From positions 4,250-68,249 of the forward strand of contig JACOYB010000004.1 of the NCBI GenBank assembly GCA_016182085.1: 64,000 nt of DNA. The letters run 5' to 3'. The position numbers and the translations under genes were made by a program. A model generated the notes under the pieces. The model did not search any database. It was not told the DNA's origin and saw only the letters and a program-made list of their open reading frames with translations. Positions 39,509 through 49,639 of the stretch are shown one piece after another (positions within the stretch are counted from its first letter, which is position 1; every line of letters starts with the position of its first letter). Source of the DNA: Candidatus Magasanikiibacteriota bacterium (lineage in GTDB: Bacteria; Patescibacteriota; Patescibacteriia; Magasanikbacterales; GWA2-37-8).

Positions 39509-39520
39509 GTATTCCCCATT

Positions 39521-40255
39521 TTATAATCGATCCCACAGTAGCTTAAAGATTTTTCGCTGAAACTGGGCAAAAGTCGGGCTTTCAATAATAGACGCAACTT
39601 CATTTTTAAAATCAATAAATGATACTTTGTCCCGGTAAATAAATTGGGTTATATCATACATAAATAGATCGTATTTACTCGGTACGGTTTTAAATAAACG
39701 GCCCAAGCGTTTTTCTTTGCCCTTACGATTTTTGGTAATTTCATTGGTAATAATCAACCAATCAACCTCAGTTTTATCTAAAATACGTTCCCGATATTGG
39801 CGCGGAATATACCGATCATATTTAGTATGATCTTTTGGTGATTCGTAGCGGTAGATTATGTCTGATTTTTTAACAGTGCTGAGAAAATCAAAATACGCCT
39901 GGCGGATACCTTGCTCGCCATAGTAATACCGAATTACCGGTCGGTTTAGACTGGCAGCGTAGGTATGCATAAGAGCCGGAAGCTCTGTGCTTAGATTATC
40001 CTCAATGCGTCTGACCAGATGTTTTAGATTTTCCGGATGTTCAGCGCTATATACGTTACGTTTCCCTTTTTTAGATTCTAGCACCAACCCTTTTTCTATA
40101 AGGATAGGTATATGACGATAGATCATAGGACGATACAAGCCAGTGCGCTCGGCAATATCGCTTATGCCAAGCACACCGCCTTCCACGAGCGTTCGATATA
40201 TAGTGCTTTCTTCTTGGCTTAAGCCCAGTTGTGACAGAGCATCAATTTTTTTCAT
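39521..40255 (-). CDS. TrmB-family transcriptional regulator
   Basis: LGLSQEE..IY..L wHTH, L..KGLV, YYGEQGI, effector-like C-terminal domain. Confidence 0.8.
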   Translation of the reverse strand: MKKIDALSQLGLSQEESTIYRTLVEGGVLGISDIAERTGLYRPMIYRHIPILIEKGLVLESKKGKRNVYSAEHPENLKHLVRRIEDNLSTELPALMHTYAASLNRPVIRYYYGEQGIRQAYFDFLSTVKKSDIIYRYESPKDHTKYDRYIPRQYRERILDKTEVDWLIITNEITKNRKGKEKRLGRLFKTVPSKYDLFMYDITQFIYRDKVSFIDFKNEVASIIESPTFAQFQRKIFKLLWDRL

Positions 40256-40260
40256 AGTAT

Positions 40261-40278
40261 TGTATTATTAGTAATACA
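40261..40278. promoter_or_regulatory. possible operator palindrome
   Basis: TGTATTA-ttag-TAATACA immediately upstream of the TrmB-family gene. Confidence 0.4.
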
Positions 40279-40446
40279 CTTTTTATATTACTTTTTTATT
40301 TAATAAATAGATACTTTTAGCTTTATAAAATAATTATAGTACGAATTATAGTACAAATCAACATATAGAGTGGGTAGATTGGTAGAGTATAGATAGATCT
40401 TTCACAATACGAAAAACCAAAGTGTCAGATCTAGAAAGGATTGTGT

Positions 40447-41319
40447 ATGAAAACGCTTCTTATCGGTCTTGGTCAAATTGGTCTCGGCCTCATCGCTCCC
40501 ACTTTCCAGAAGGCAGGATACGCAATTGTTGGTACTGATGCGAATGAAGATCGTCTCAGCGCCCTTCGTCATGGATATATTCTCAAAACTCCCAGCAAAG
40601 TTGAGAATATAAATATTGATGTCGAAAGTATGGATAAAGTCACGGAAAATTTTGATTTAGTTGTGACCTCTGTTGGTCGGAAACATTTAGGCAAGGTTGC
40701 GGTTTGGTGCCAGGAGAAAGGAATTGTTGCTCCTGTGCTTATGGCAGAGAATCTGCCCGATCCAGTTAGTTTTTTTCCTGAGCAAATCCCGATTGTTATT
40801 GATCGAATTTGCCCCAGAATAGAAACACAGGGTAGCTTGTTGACGGTCATAGCTGAAGACTACTACAAGATTGTATCTTTGCAGAATCCGATAACTAGTT
40901 CGTTGGCAGTGGTGGAAGCCGTGGAACTCAAAGATTCGGAATTGAGCGTTGAAAGCAGAAGGAAGCAGAAGATGTTTACAGTGAATACTTGCCATGTTCT
41001 TGCTGCTCTTTTCGGCCAGCAGTTTGGTTGTTCGTTGGTTGAGGAATCTGCCAGACATCCCGAAGTTGTATCCAGAATTATGGCTGTGGTTTCCGAGGTC
41101 GGGCCATGGTTGGGTTTTGACTCTCAAGGCGCCGCAGCAAGAGCAAGTGAGATCCTGTTGAGATTTGCTAATCCGATTCAAGATTCACTGTCCAGAATCC
41201 TTAGCACAACTAACCGTACCTCTGCTCTAAGGTATATTGAGATCCCGCTTAACGGCCTTCGTTCGCTGGGTATTCAAGCGCCCGTCTTGGAGGAAGCCTA
41301 TTTGCTCCTAAGTTCCTAG
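40447..41319 (+). CDS. mannitol-1-phosphate dehydrogenase-like oxidoreductase
   Basis: GLGQIGLG Rossmann motif, AEN, IDRICP, K..TVNTCH, RFANP. Confidence 0.7.
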   Translation: MKTLLIGLGQIGLGLIAPTFQKAGYAIVGTDANEDRLSALRHGYILKTPSKVENINIDVESMDKVTENFDLVVTSVGRKHLGKVAVWCQEKGIVAPVLMAENLPDPVSFFPEQIPIVIDRICPRIETQGSLLTVIAEDYYKIVSLQNPITSSLAVVEAVELKDSELSVESRRKQKMFTVNTCHVLAALFGQQFGCSLVEESARHPEVVSRIMAVVSEVGPWLGFDSQGAAARASEILLRFANPIQDSLSRILSTTNRTSALRYIEIPLNGLRSLGIQAPVLEEAYLLLSS

Positions 41320-41457
41320 TAATATAGTCTTGAGGTTGTTCTTTCCTTGGCTCACCGTTTGTGTGGGCCTGGTTGTTTTATAAGTCGGTAGAGAAAAAAT
41401 TTAAAATATACTAGTTTAGATAGATTTATGACTATTTTTTACCATTTTTCCTCTTGA

Positions 41458-41596
41458 CCCCGTATAATTACGCCCGAAATCGCTTATGCAAATTGCGATA
41501 TATGGGATTATTTTACTAAAGTTGATAATAATTAATTTTAAAAGAAATTATCATATAGTTGCGATTACCAATTTGCTCGGGCGTATCTATACGGGG
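41458..41596. repeat. CCCCGTA..TACGGGG imperfect palindromic element
   Basis: CCCCGTATA/TATACGGGG, TACGCCCGA/TCGGGCGTA and GCAAATTG/CAATTTGC arms; ends resemble 52765-52802. Confidence 0.7.
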
Positions 41597-41599
41597 AAT

Positions 41600-41608
41600 T
41601 GTGGATAA
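41600..41608 (-). promoter_or_regulatory. perfect DnaA box
   Basis: TGTGGATAA directly before a TTGAGT..TATAAT promoter-like region. Confidence 0.45.
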
Positions 41609-41688
41609 GTTGAGTAAAAATATGGTATAATAATTACGTAATTGGCGGATGAGAACTTTTTCAAATAATTATTTTTTAAAATAAAAAT

Positions 41689-44600
41689 ATGCGCGGAGGG
41701 AAATTTCGTCTTTGTCGTGGCTCGGTCACGATTTTTTTGGTTTTTACTGTTGGTATCCTCGTGGCGGGAGTGCTGGCGGTAGTTTTGGTGTTGCGACCAA
41801 AAACATCGGTGCCGGACAAGGGTTTGCCAGGGATATCTAAAACAATGGGCGGATTTGTGAAGACGCCAATTGGCGCAGCTACGCCGTCAGTTAAATTGGA
41901 AAGCCGTGTGCTTGAATTGACACCGGCGACAACTAAAACATTTTTAACGGAATTGGCGCAATCTGATAAATCAACGCAGCATGTCTATGTCCGCTTGGCG
42001 CGGTATCCGCAACTGGTTGATCGGGATACGTTGGAAAAAGCCGGAGTGACGCTTCTGGATTTTCTCGGCCAGCGCGTGTATATGGCCGTTGTTTCTGGTA
42101 AATTCACGGTTGATGATTTGGGCAAACAGCCGCTGGTTGAGGCCTTGGCAAAGATTGAGGATGCCGATAAAGCTCATCAAGATATTTGGAAAGAGAGATT
42201 TTTTGTTTTTGTCGTTAAACCGGGAGAAGATGAAAATGAGCCGGAGATTAATTATGTGCAAAATTCCGACGGTACGTTGAATTTAACGGTAGAATTTTTT
42301 GCCGATGTGGCCGCATCAGTCGCGAGAAATATTTTACAGGACGCTGGCGGCGCTAGAAGCGCCATGGGGCGTGGGCTGTGGGAAGTGAAATCAGCGCCCG
42401 CCTCGGCTGTTCGTCGGTTGGCTGCTTACGATGCAGTGAAACGTGTTGATCCGGGTCCGGCGCCATTTATGGCGGACAACAATCGCAGCCGCGCCGCGCT
42501 TAATGTTGATACCGTGCAGAATTTCACCACGGCCACCAATGTTTTTGGCGGTTTGAGCGGTTTGGGCGTGCAAGCGATTATTTTTGAAAGCATGATGGAT
42601 GAAACGCATGATGATTTTAGTTTGCTTGATGCCGCTAATAATATTATCGGCAGTCGGGTTGCCCGCCATCAGCCATCGGCGCATGCTACTCATGGCAGTC
42701 ATGCTACGCATGTGGCGGGTATTGTCGGCGGCAACGGGTTTATGAGTACAAGCACTATTATTGTTCAATGTCCGGGGACACCGGCGGTCAGCGGCACCCC
42801 TTGGCTGTTCCGCGGCATGGCACCACAGGCCACGCTTCTTGATTATGCCAGTTGGGAACGGACGCCAGACGGCATTCTTGATGCGGTTGCTAATTTTGGC
42901 ACCGAGTTGTCCAATAATTCATACTCAATTACATATGACGGGGATTATAGCGCCGCTATGCAAATCAACGACCGGCTGATCCGCGGTTCGGCCGTTTCAT
43001 CAGGGGGCGTAGCAGTGCCAGGCCGATCGATGATGTTTTCGGCAGGTAATCATGGATCCTATACATATAACGGCGGCGAGCAGGTTGGCTATTTTGCTCT
43101 GACTAAACAAAATAAAAATGACACCATGGTGGGGAATTGGAATGCCTGTGGCGCTACGCTGGCCGGTGGCAACATTGGTACCAGTATGGGTCCTGCTTAT
43201 GACGGGCGTATCAAGCCGGATGTGGTTGCTTCGGGCAGCTATGTTATATCCACGCAAAGCAACAATAATGGTTACACCAACAAATCAGGAACCTCAATGG
43301 CTACTCCGGCAGTGACTGGCGTCAGCGCGCTAGTTCTACAACAATACGCCACGACTTATGGTGTCAATCTTGATGTGAATCCGCCGCGTCCTTCAACTAT
43401 TAAAGCAGTATTAGTTAATACCGCAACTGATATTGACTGGGCAACGGCCGCGCCCGCCGGCTATGTTTATCCGCCCGCCGGCGGTATAACTGGCTGCGCT
43501 CCCGGGCTTCTCAATAATCCGGCATTTTGCGTGGGTGACGGCCCGGTGGTTTTCTTTCCCGGTCCTGACTTTGCGACTGGTTGGGGCATGGTTAACGCCC
43601 AAGCCGCGGTGAATGCGGTGGCGGCGCAAACTTTATTTGAAGATCAGATCGATGTGACTGGACAATTCCGTGGCATACAGTTTAGCGTTGCTTCGGGTAC
43701 AACCAATATGCGCATGACGCTGGCCTGGGATGATGTGGAAGGCAGTCCCGCAATTCTCGATACGAGCCCGCACTTGGTTAATGATCTTGATCTTGAGCTG
43801 ACTGACCCGGCCGGAGTCGTGTTTTACCCTTGGCAGTTGAATCAAGCCATTGCTGATGTTGCGGGTGTGCCATTGCCTAATGAACAGCAATATCCTGGTA
43901 CCGGTATCGTAATTACCACTGCGTTGGCACCGACAGCCGCGCCTATTGACTGCGATGGCAGCGCTGCTGATCCGAATCCATGCATACCCCAGAACGACTA
44001 TCCGGGCACCATTCCGGTAGCGCCCGCCGGCCAGGGGCGTGATCACCTCAACAATGTCGAGCAAGTATTTGTCTCGGCGCCGGTTGCCGGCACGTGGAAC
44101 TTGCGCGTTACCGGCTTCCAGATCCCTGATCCGGCTAATCCCCAGCCATACTCCATCGCCGGTTTGTCGGCCGCCGGCAATGCCTGGCCTGACCTGACGC
44201 CGATTGGCGATGTAACTATTGATGAAGGCGCGACCATGATTATTCCAATTACCGCCGTTGATCCCGAAGGCACGCCAATCACGCTTACCGCCAGCGGTCT
44301 GCCACCGTTTGCCGCCTTTGCCGATTTGGGTGGTGGCGCCGGCACGCTTACTCTGACACCAAGTTGCACTGACACTGGCGTCTATCGCGGTCTGGCTATC
44401 ATTGCTACTGATGGCGGCGCGCCGATAAAATATGAAGGCCAATATATAACCATTACCGTTAATCCGGCCAACTGCGCTCCGGCTATTGATCCGGTTGCCG
44501 ATGTGACTATTACCGAAGGCGATACACTTGATGTGCCGGTGAGCGCTACCGATCCGGAAGGCGATGCGTTGGTTTTGGCCGCTCCTGATTTGCCGCCGTT

Positions 44601-46827
44601 TGCCGCCTTTGCGCCAACAGGTCCGGGTACCGGGGCAATAAATTTGGCGCCAAGTTGCAGTGATGCCGGTGTTTATGCAGACCGGACGATTACTGCCACC
44701 GATAGTGGCGCTCCACCCCAGACAATGACTGAACTCTTTACGATTACCGTCGACGATGATTTGGTTCCGGTGGCTAATGCCGGAGCGGACATCGTTACGT
44801 ACAGCGCCATGGCTACCGTACTCAACGGCGCCGCCAGTAGCGATCCGGAGGCCAAGCCATTGACCTATAGTTGGGCACAGACCGCGGGTACACCGGTGGT
44901 TCTGGCCGGCCTCGATACAGCCACGCCGAGCTTTACGGCACCAACGGTCGCCGCCAGCGAAACGCTTACCTTCACCGTAACCGTTACCGATTCGTGCGCG
45001 CAACCTGCCGCCGACACTGTCGTTGTGACTGTCCGTCCGCTCGTTGATGCTTCTATTATCCTCGATCGTTCCGGCAGTATGATGTGGCCTGTGCCGGCCG
45101 AGGGCGGCGGCACCATTACCAAGATGAACTCATTAAAAAATTCGGTCAATCTTTTCCTCTCGCTCTTTGTTAATGAACGCCCGGGCGCGCCTGATAAGCT
45201 CGGTATTGTTAAGTTTGCCGACAACACGGCGGCGGATACGCAAACAATCCGTCCGCTGGCCGATGTCGAACCGGCGGACATAGCGCCTGCCGGCGCCGTG
45301 AGCGCGCTGATTTCCGGTCTGACCACCGATGCGACCACGTGGATTCGCGGCGGTCTTAATCTTGGATTGGCGGAACTGTTCGGTCCGGCCGGAGTAGCCA
45401 GTCACAAAAAAGCGATGGTACTCTTCTCCGACGGCAAAGAAAATGAATCGCCTTTGACGCAGGATCCGCCGCCGGCGCCGGATGGGGTTTTAAGCGATCC
45501 TGATTTTATCAGTACGTCAGTATATGCGGTCGGCTTTGGCGTCGCTGGCGCGGCCGGCGATACCGGTATTGATGAGGCGCTCTTAACCACCATTCAAAAC
45601 GTCGGTGCCGCCGATGGTTTCGTCAATGTTACCGCCGAGCCGTTGGCGCTTACCAAGTTCTTTGTTGAGGCGTTGGCCACCATGTTCGATCAAACCATAT
45701 CGCTTGATCCGGTGACCACGTTATCCGGAGCCGGGTCATCGTTCCAGTCGGCTACCATCAGTAGCGCCGATCGCCAGGCCACGTTCGTGCTTACTTGGAA
45801 TCAGCCGCAGACCGATGCGCTCGACCTTAAACTGCGTACGCCCGAAGGTGAACTGATTACTACCGCCGACGCCGCGCCGGGAACACCGATTGAATATGTG
45901 AGTGGCGCGACGTTCAAGTACTTTATCGTGCGTTTTCCGCTTACCGGTCGTTTGCGCGGCATTCACGCCGGCACTTGGCAGATGGAAGTCAGTCGCAATC
46001 AGGCGCCCGCCAATCAGCTGGCGACCTTTGCCACGGCGGTCATGGTAGATAGTCCTAGTTTGCGCTGGATGCCTTCAATACCATCATCTATGCTGTTTAC
46101 CGGGGATGAATTCGGCATCCGGACATCGCTGCTTGAAAACGGCAAGCCGATTGCCAATGCCAAAGTGTTTGCCGACATTGAACGCCCAATAGTCAACCCG
46201 CATCAGGTTGTGGTCACGGCCAAGCTCGATCCGCGCCAAGCGTATATTCCATCTGTTCTCAAAACCGATCCGCCGTCGCCGTATGACCAGAAATTGCTTC
46301 AGATTATTAAAAACGCCCGCGGTAAAAATCCATTTCCTGTGAGCAAGGAGCGGGTGCAACTCTTTGATGACGGTAAGCATAATGATGGCAAAGCGAACGA
46401 TGGCACGTATGGCGCCAATCTAACTAAAACCAATGTTGGCGGTGTCTACCGCATTCATCTGCGCGCCCAAGGTAAAAGTTCGCAGTACGGGGCATTTACC
46501 CGTGAGTCCAGCCGGAGTATTACCGCTATCATCAAAGCTAGTCCCAAGGCATCGAATGTTACCATTGCGCCGATTACCAAAGCTTCAGCCCGTGGGACCA
46601 TATACCAATTGACGGTGACACCGAAAGACAGCCAAGGAAACATAGTTGGCGCTGGCTATGCTAGTATGGTTAAAGTAAGTGGCGCCGATATCAAGCCGAT
46701 TGAAGCGGTAGAAGACAAGACCAATGGCAGTTACACACTGCGTTTTACGGCCGACCCGCGGGCCATTCTGACTGTCCGGTTTGGTGATGAGAAGCTTGCC
46801 AGTATGGTAGTTGAAAAATCTCAATAG
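41689..46827 (+). CDS. large S8 serine peptidase with Ig/PKD-like repeats and a vWA domain
   Basis: HATHVAG, KPDVVA, SGTSMATP, two DPEG..LPPFAAF repeats, PVANAG PKD-like unit, DRSGSM MIDAS, LFDDGKHNDGKANDGTYG. Confidence 0.9.
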   Translation: MRGGKFRLCRGSVTIFLVFTVGILVAGVLAVVLVLRPKTSVPDKGLPGISKTMGGFVKTPIGAATPSVKLESRVLELTPATTKTFLTELAQSDKSTQHVYVRLARYPQLVDRDTLEKAGVTLLDFLGQRVYMAVVSGKFTVDDLGKQPLVEALAKIEDADKAHQDIWKERFFVFVVKPGEDENEPEINYVQNSDGTLNLTVEFFADVAASVARNILQDAGGARSAMGRGLWEVKSAPASAVRRLAAYDAVKRVDPGPAPFMADNNRSRAALNVDTVQNFTTATNVFGGLSGLGVQAIIFESMMDETHDDFSLLDAANNIIGSRVARHQPSAHATHGSHATHVAGIVGGNGFMSTSTIIVQCPGTPAVSGTPWLFRGMAPQATLLDYASWERTPDGILDAVANFGTELSNNSYSITYDGDYSAAMQINDRLIRGSAVSSGGVAVPGRSMMFSAGNHGSYTYNGGEQVGYFALTKQNKNDTMVGNWNACGATLAGGNIGTSMGPAYDGRIKPDVVASGSYVISTQSNNNGYTNKSGTSMATPAVTGVSALVLQQYATTYGVNLDVNPPRPSTIKAVLVNTATDIDWATAAPAGYVYPPAGGITGCAPGLLNNPAFCVGDGPVVFFPGPDFATGWGMVNAQAAVNAVAAQTLFEDQIDVTGQFRGIQFSVASGTTNMRMTLAWDDVEGSPAILDTSPHLVNDLDLELTDPAGVVFYPWQLNQAIADVAGVPLPNEQQYPGTGIVITTALAPTAAPIDCDGSAADPNPCIPQNDYPGTIPVAPAGQGRDHLNNVEQVFVSAPVAGTWNLRVTGFQIPDPANPQPYSIAGLSAAGNAWPDLTPIGDVTIDEGATMIIPITAVDPEGTPITLTASGLPPFAAFADLGGGAGTLTLTPSCTDTGVYRGLAIIATDGGAPIKYEGQYITITVNPANCAPAIDPVADVTITEGDTLDVPVSATDPEGDALVLAAPDLPPFAAFAPTGPGTGAINLAPSCSDAGVYADRTITATDSGAPPQTMTELFTITVDDDLVPVANAGADIVTYSAMATVLNGAASSDPEAKPLTYSWAQTAGTPVVLAGLDTATPSFTAPTVAASETLTFTVTVTDSCAQPAADTVVVTVRPLVDASIILDRSGSMMWPVPAEGGGTITKMNSLKNSVNLFLSLFVNERPGAPDKLGIVKFADNTAADTQTIRPLADVEPADIAPAGAVSALISGLTTDATTWIRGGLNLGLAELFGPAGVASHKKAMVLFSDGKENESPLTQDPPPAPDGVLSDPDFISTSVYAVGFGVAGAAGDTGIDEALLTTIQNVGAADGFVNVTAEPLALTKFFVEALATMFDQTISLDPVTTLSGAGSSFQSATISSADRQATFVLTWNQPQTDALDLKLRTPEGELITTADAAPGTPIEYVSGATFKYFIVRFPLTGRLRGIHAGTWQMEVSRNQAPANQLATFATAVMVDSPSLRWMPSIPSSMLFTGDEFGIRTSLLENGKPIANAKVFADIERPIVNPHQVVVTAKLDPRQAYIPSVLKTDPPSPYDQKLLQIIKNARGKNPFPVSKERVQLFDDGKHNDGKANDGTYGANLTKTNVGGVYRIHLRAQGKSSQYGAFTRESSRSITAIIKASPKASNVTIAPITKASARGTIYQLTVTPKDSQGNIVGAGYASMVKVSGADIKPIEAVEDKTNGSYTLRFTADPRAILTVRFGDEKLASMVVEKSQ

Positions 46828-46852
46828 TATTTATTTATAATCTTCATACTAT

Positions 46853-47554
46853 ATGCCGGAACCAAAAAAGATACTCCTCGAAGAGCCATATAAGGTTTCT
46901 ACCATTCCAGTTAAACCGTGGAGCAAAAACGCGCTTGAATCCTTGCGCGGTCAGGTGAGCGACTTGTTATTTAACACCGGCGCTGTCGACCGACCGCGCG
47001 GACCGATTTTACTTGATACTACCACTACGACGCCGAAGAGGCCGCCGCGTGGACCGGTGGTCGGCGAACCTCCCGTCGAACCGGGTGCAGGCGAACCGGC
47101 AGGCGGCGGAAATCCTCTGGGCGGAGGAAATAACCAACAGCCCGACCAGCCAGCGCCGCGTGTTATTCCGTGCGACAATGTGATTATCGATGAGAGCGAT
47201 GGGGCTGGCGGCAATCCTCGTCGAGGTGGTGGCAACGGCGGTGGCATGCCGCCCGGAGCTGGCCAGCAGCCACGCGAGCGAATCGTTGAAATCCCCGAGG
47301 ATCTACAGCCATGTATATTTACCCAGCATCACACCGCGGATAACGGTGAAGGGTGGGTGGTGCTTGTCCATATCGAGGGAGGGCGCATGAAGCGAGTAGT
47401 TGTCATTGATGAGAAAGGTAACCAGCGATACATTCATCAGAATGTCGGCAAGATAATCAAGGTGCATAAAGACAATAATAAAATAACCGTGGTCGGCGAC
47501 AAGAAAACTTGTATTTACTTCATTGTCACAAATCAACTGGTTTGTTATTCCTAA
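46853..47554 (+). CDS. Pro/Gly-rich hypothetical protein
   Basis: 233-aa ORF 25 bp downstream of the S8 gene. Confidence 0.6.
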   Translation: MPEPKKILLEEPYKVSTIPVKPWSKNALESLRGQVSDLLFNTGAVDRPRGPILLDTTTTTPKRPPRGPVVGEPPVEPGAGEPAGGGNPLGGGNNQQPDQPAPRVIPCDNVIIDESDGAGGNPRRGGGNGGGMPPGAGQQPRERIVEIPEDLQPCIFTQHHTADNGEGWVVLVHIEGGRMKRVVVIDEKGNQRYIHQNVGKIIKVHKDNNKITVVGDKKTCIYFIVTNQLVCYS

Positions 47555-47565
47555 ACAGTTTGTAA

Positions 47566-47605
47566 GATAAAACTCCGGCCGCCTAAAACGGCCGGAGTTT
47601 TATTT
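47566..47605 (+). terminator. intrinsic terminator
   Basis: AAAACTCCGGCCG-cctaaaa-CGGCCGGAGTTTT. Confidence 0.8.
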
Positions 47606-47797
47606 ATTTTTATAGGCGTTATAATGTAAAAAAATACCGTTGAGGTTTATTCTCAACGGATAGTATTTGCGCGTTAAGGCAATTCCAAAAACATTTCAAA
47701 CATCTCACAACAAGTCAATGGCCAAGCTTATGCAATAAATTGACGCACTATAAATTAAGATATACAATTGCGGGTATATACATTAAATATTTAAAAT

Positions 47798-49630
47798 ATG
47801 GCAAATGAAATATTGGTTCCGCCGGAACAAAAATTCTCGCTGTCTGTAAAATTATTATTAGCCGCGGGCGCAATTCTTGCGGTAGTCGCCGCCGCCGTGG
47901 CGGGTTATTTTTTTGCGCAGAATAAAAATAGTAATAATCAAAAACTTACTGAAAACTCTCTGCAAAATACTTCGTCATCAGTAAATAATCAACCAGTTGA
48001 AGAGGTCGTTAGTCCCACCTCAACTAATAATGCAAATGCTGAACCAATATCTATAAATTTCCCCACCACCTCTTTGCCTCAGGAAATCGCAGCAAAGATT
48101 AATTGGACCCAGCCAAATAAGCTTAACGATCTGCGCTGGTTTGTAGAAAAAAAATCATACGCGCCAGAAAATTCAGAATATGAAGTAATGATTTTAAATG
48201 AGTATTATGAAGTCGGAACCTTTGAGTATAATGGCGAGCGCGGCAGGGTAGTGTTAGTGCAAATTCAGCCCGAGGAACCGAGTTCCCCGTGGTATTTTTA
48301 TATTCTAGATTTCAAAAAACAATTTACAGTGCTGGCAAAATATTCTGGGTTTGACGGATACACTAATAAACAATTTGATTCAAATCCTATTTCAACCTTA
48401 GAGGCACATTTGGCAAACTTTGTTCCGGAAATACAAAAATTAGCAAAAGTAGATTTAAATTTTACTATTCCTGCTCTTGAATTTCCTAAAACCGTAAAGG
48501 GTCCGAAAGAGCGCCAGGTTTTAAATCTTAGAGGAGTTTATCCTCTACAGGAACGCGTTGGTTTCAGTAATGTGACGGTAAAAGCAGAGGTGCCAGTATT
48601 TGTTGATCCTCAACTCGGAATGGTGTATACATCGGCAGTTACCGGAGGTTTTTATGTACATGGTCCAGATGGCACTCGAGCTGCTTACGCACTGGAACCA
48701 GACTTCTTTAATCCAAATAGCGCCCAGGCCCAAATTATTTGGAATGACGGGTCTTGGAATGGGTATGAATATATGTACGGTGACCAGGGAGGTTGCGGCG
48801 CGATGAATTATATTTCGGTTGTTACTTCAACAGATATAACCCTAGCCAATGATTTAGCTGTAGTAGGAAAAAATAGCAAAGGAGATAATATCTATGAGTT
48901 AAAAGACAAAAATCATAGATTATTAAAATCATTTTATAGCGGCGCATATTTCCCTCAGCAGAATGGTTATAAAATAAGTTATGAAGAATTTGTTACATTA
49001 AAACCAATAATATTTTGGGTAGATCCGTTTGGCAGGTTGATTAAAATGACAAATCGACGTTTTATCATTCCGGCTGAATGCGGCAAGCCGGTTATCTATC
49101 TGTATCCGGAAAAGACTACAAATGTATCGGTGCGTGTTGAACCAAAAGGCGGCATGAGTGTTTCTGATCCGTTTTATAATGGGGGTTGGGAAGTTATGGC
49201 CGAACCAAGTGGACAGCTAACAGAATTAAAATCAAACAAAAAATATCCGTATCTTTTTTGGGAAGGCCAGGGCGATTTATATCAGCAACCCGAACAAGGA
49301 TTTATTATGAAACGAGAAGATGTTGGCAGTGAGTTGCCAAAGAAACTGGCTCGGCTTGGGCTAAACACAGCCGAGATAAAAGACTTTATGGAATTTTGGC
49401 ATCCGCGTATGCAGGAAAAGCCATATTATTTTGTAACGTTTTTAGGCACTCAGCAAATGAATCAGCTAGCGCCTCTAACTGTTTCTCCGAGTCCTGATAC
49501 AGTCGTAAGAATTCTTATGGATTTTACTCCGCTTGACCAGCCAAAAAAGGTATTGCCATTGCCACTCGGCCGTACACCAGAGCGGAAAGGATTTACCGTG
49601 ATTGAATGGGGCGGGGTCATTAGAAAATAA
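47798..49630 (+). CDS. membrane-anchored protein with a KPVIYLYP..EWGG C-terminal domain
   Basis: N-terminal TM segment; C-terminal CGKPVIYLYP, YLFWEG, FMEFW, EWGG; function unknown. Confidence 0.8.
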   Translation: MANEILVPPEQKFSLSVKLLLAAGAILAVVAAAVAGYFFAQNKNSNNQKLTENSLQNTSSSVNNQPVEEVVSPTSTNNANAEPISINFPTTSLPQEIAAKINWTQPNKLNDLRWFVEKKSYAPENSEYEVMILNEYYEVGTFEYNGERGRVVLVQIQPEEPSSPWYFYILDFKKQFTVLAKYSGFDGYTNKQFDSNPISTLEAHLANFVPEIQKLAKVDLNFTIPALEFPKTVKGPKERQVLNLRGVYPLQERVGFSNVTVKAEVPVFVDPQLGMVYTSAVTGGFYVHGPDGTRAAYALEPDFFNPNSAQAQIIWNDGSWNGYEYMYGDQGGCGAMNYISVVTSTDITLANDLAVVGKNSKGDNIYELKDKNHRLLKSFYSGAYFPQQNGYKISYEEFVTLKPIIFWVDPFGRLIKMTNRRFIIPAECGKPVIYLYPEKTTNVSVRVEPKGGMSVSDPFYNGGWEVMAEPSGQLTELKSNKKYPYLFWEGQGDLYQQPEQGFIMKREDVGSELPKKLARLGLNTAEIKDFMEFWHPRMQEKPYYFVTFLGTQQMNQLAPLTVSPSPDTVVRILMDFTPLDQPKKVLPLPLGRTPERKGFTVIEWGGVIRK

Positions 49631-49639
49631 TTCCACGTT

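Noticed and set aside
43633-45003. 456-aa antisense ORF
   Set aside because: It shadows the GC-rich S8 gene and has no recognisable motifs.
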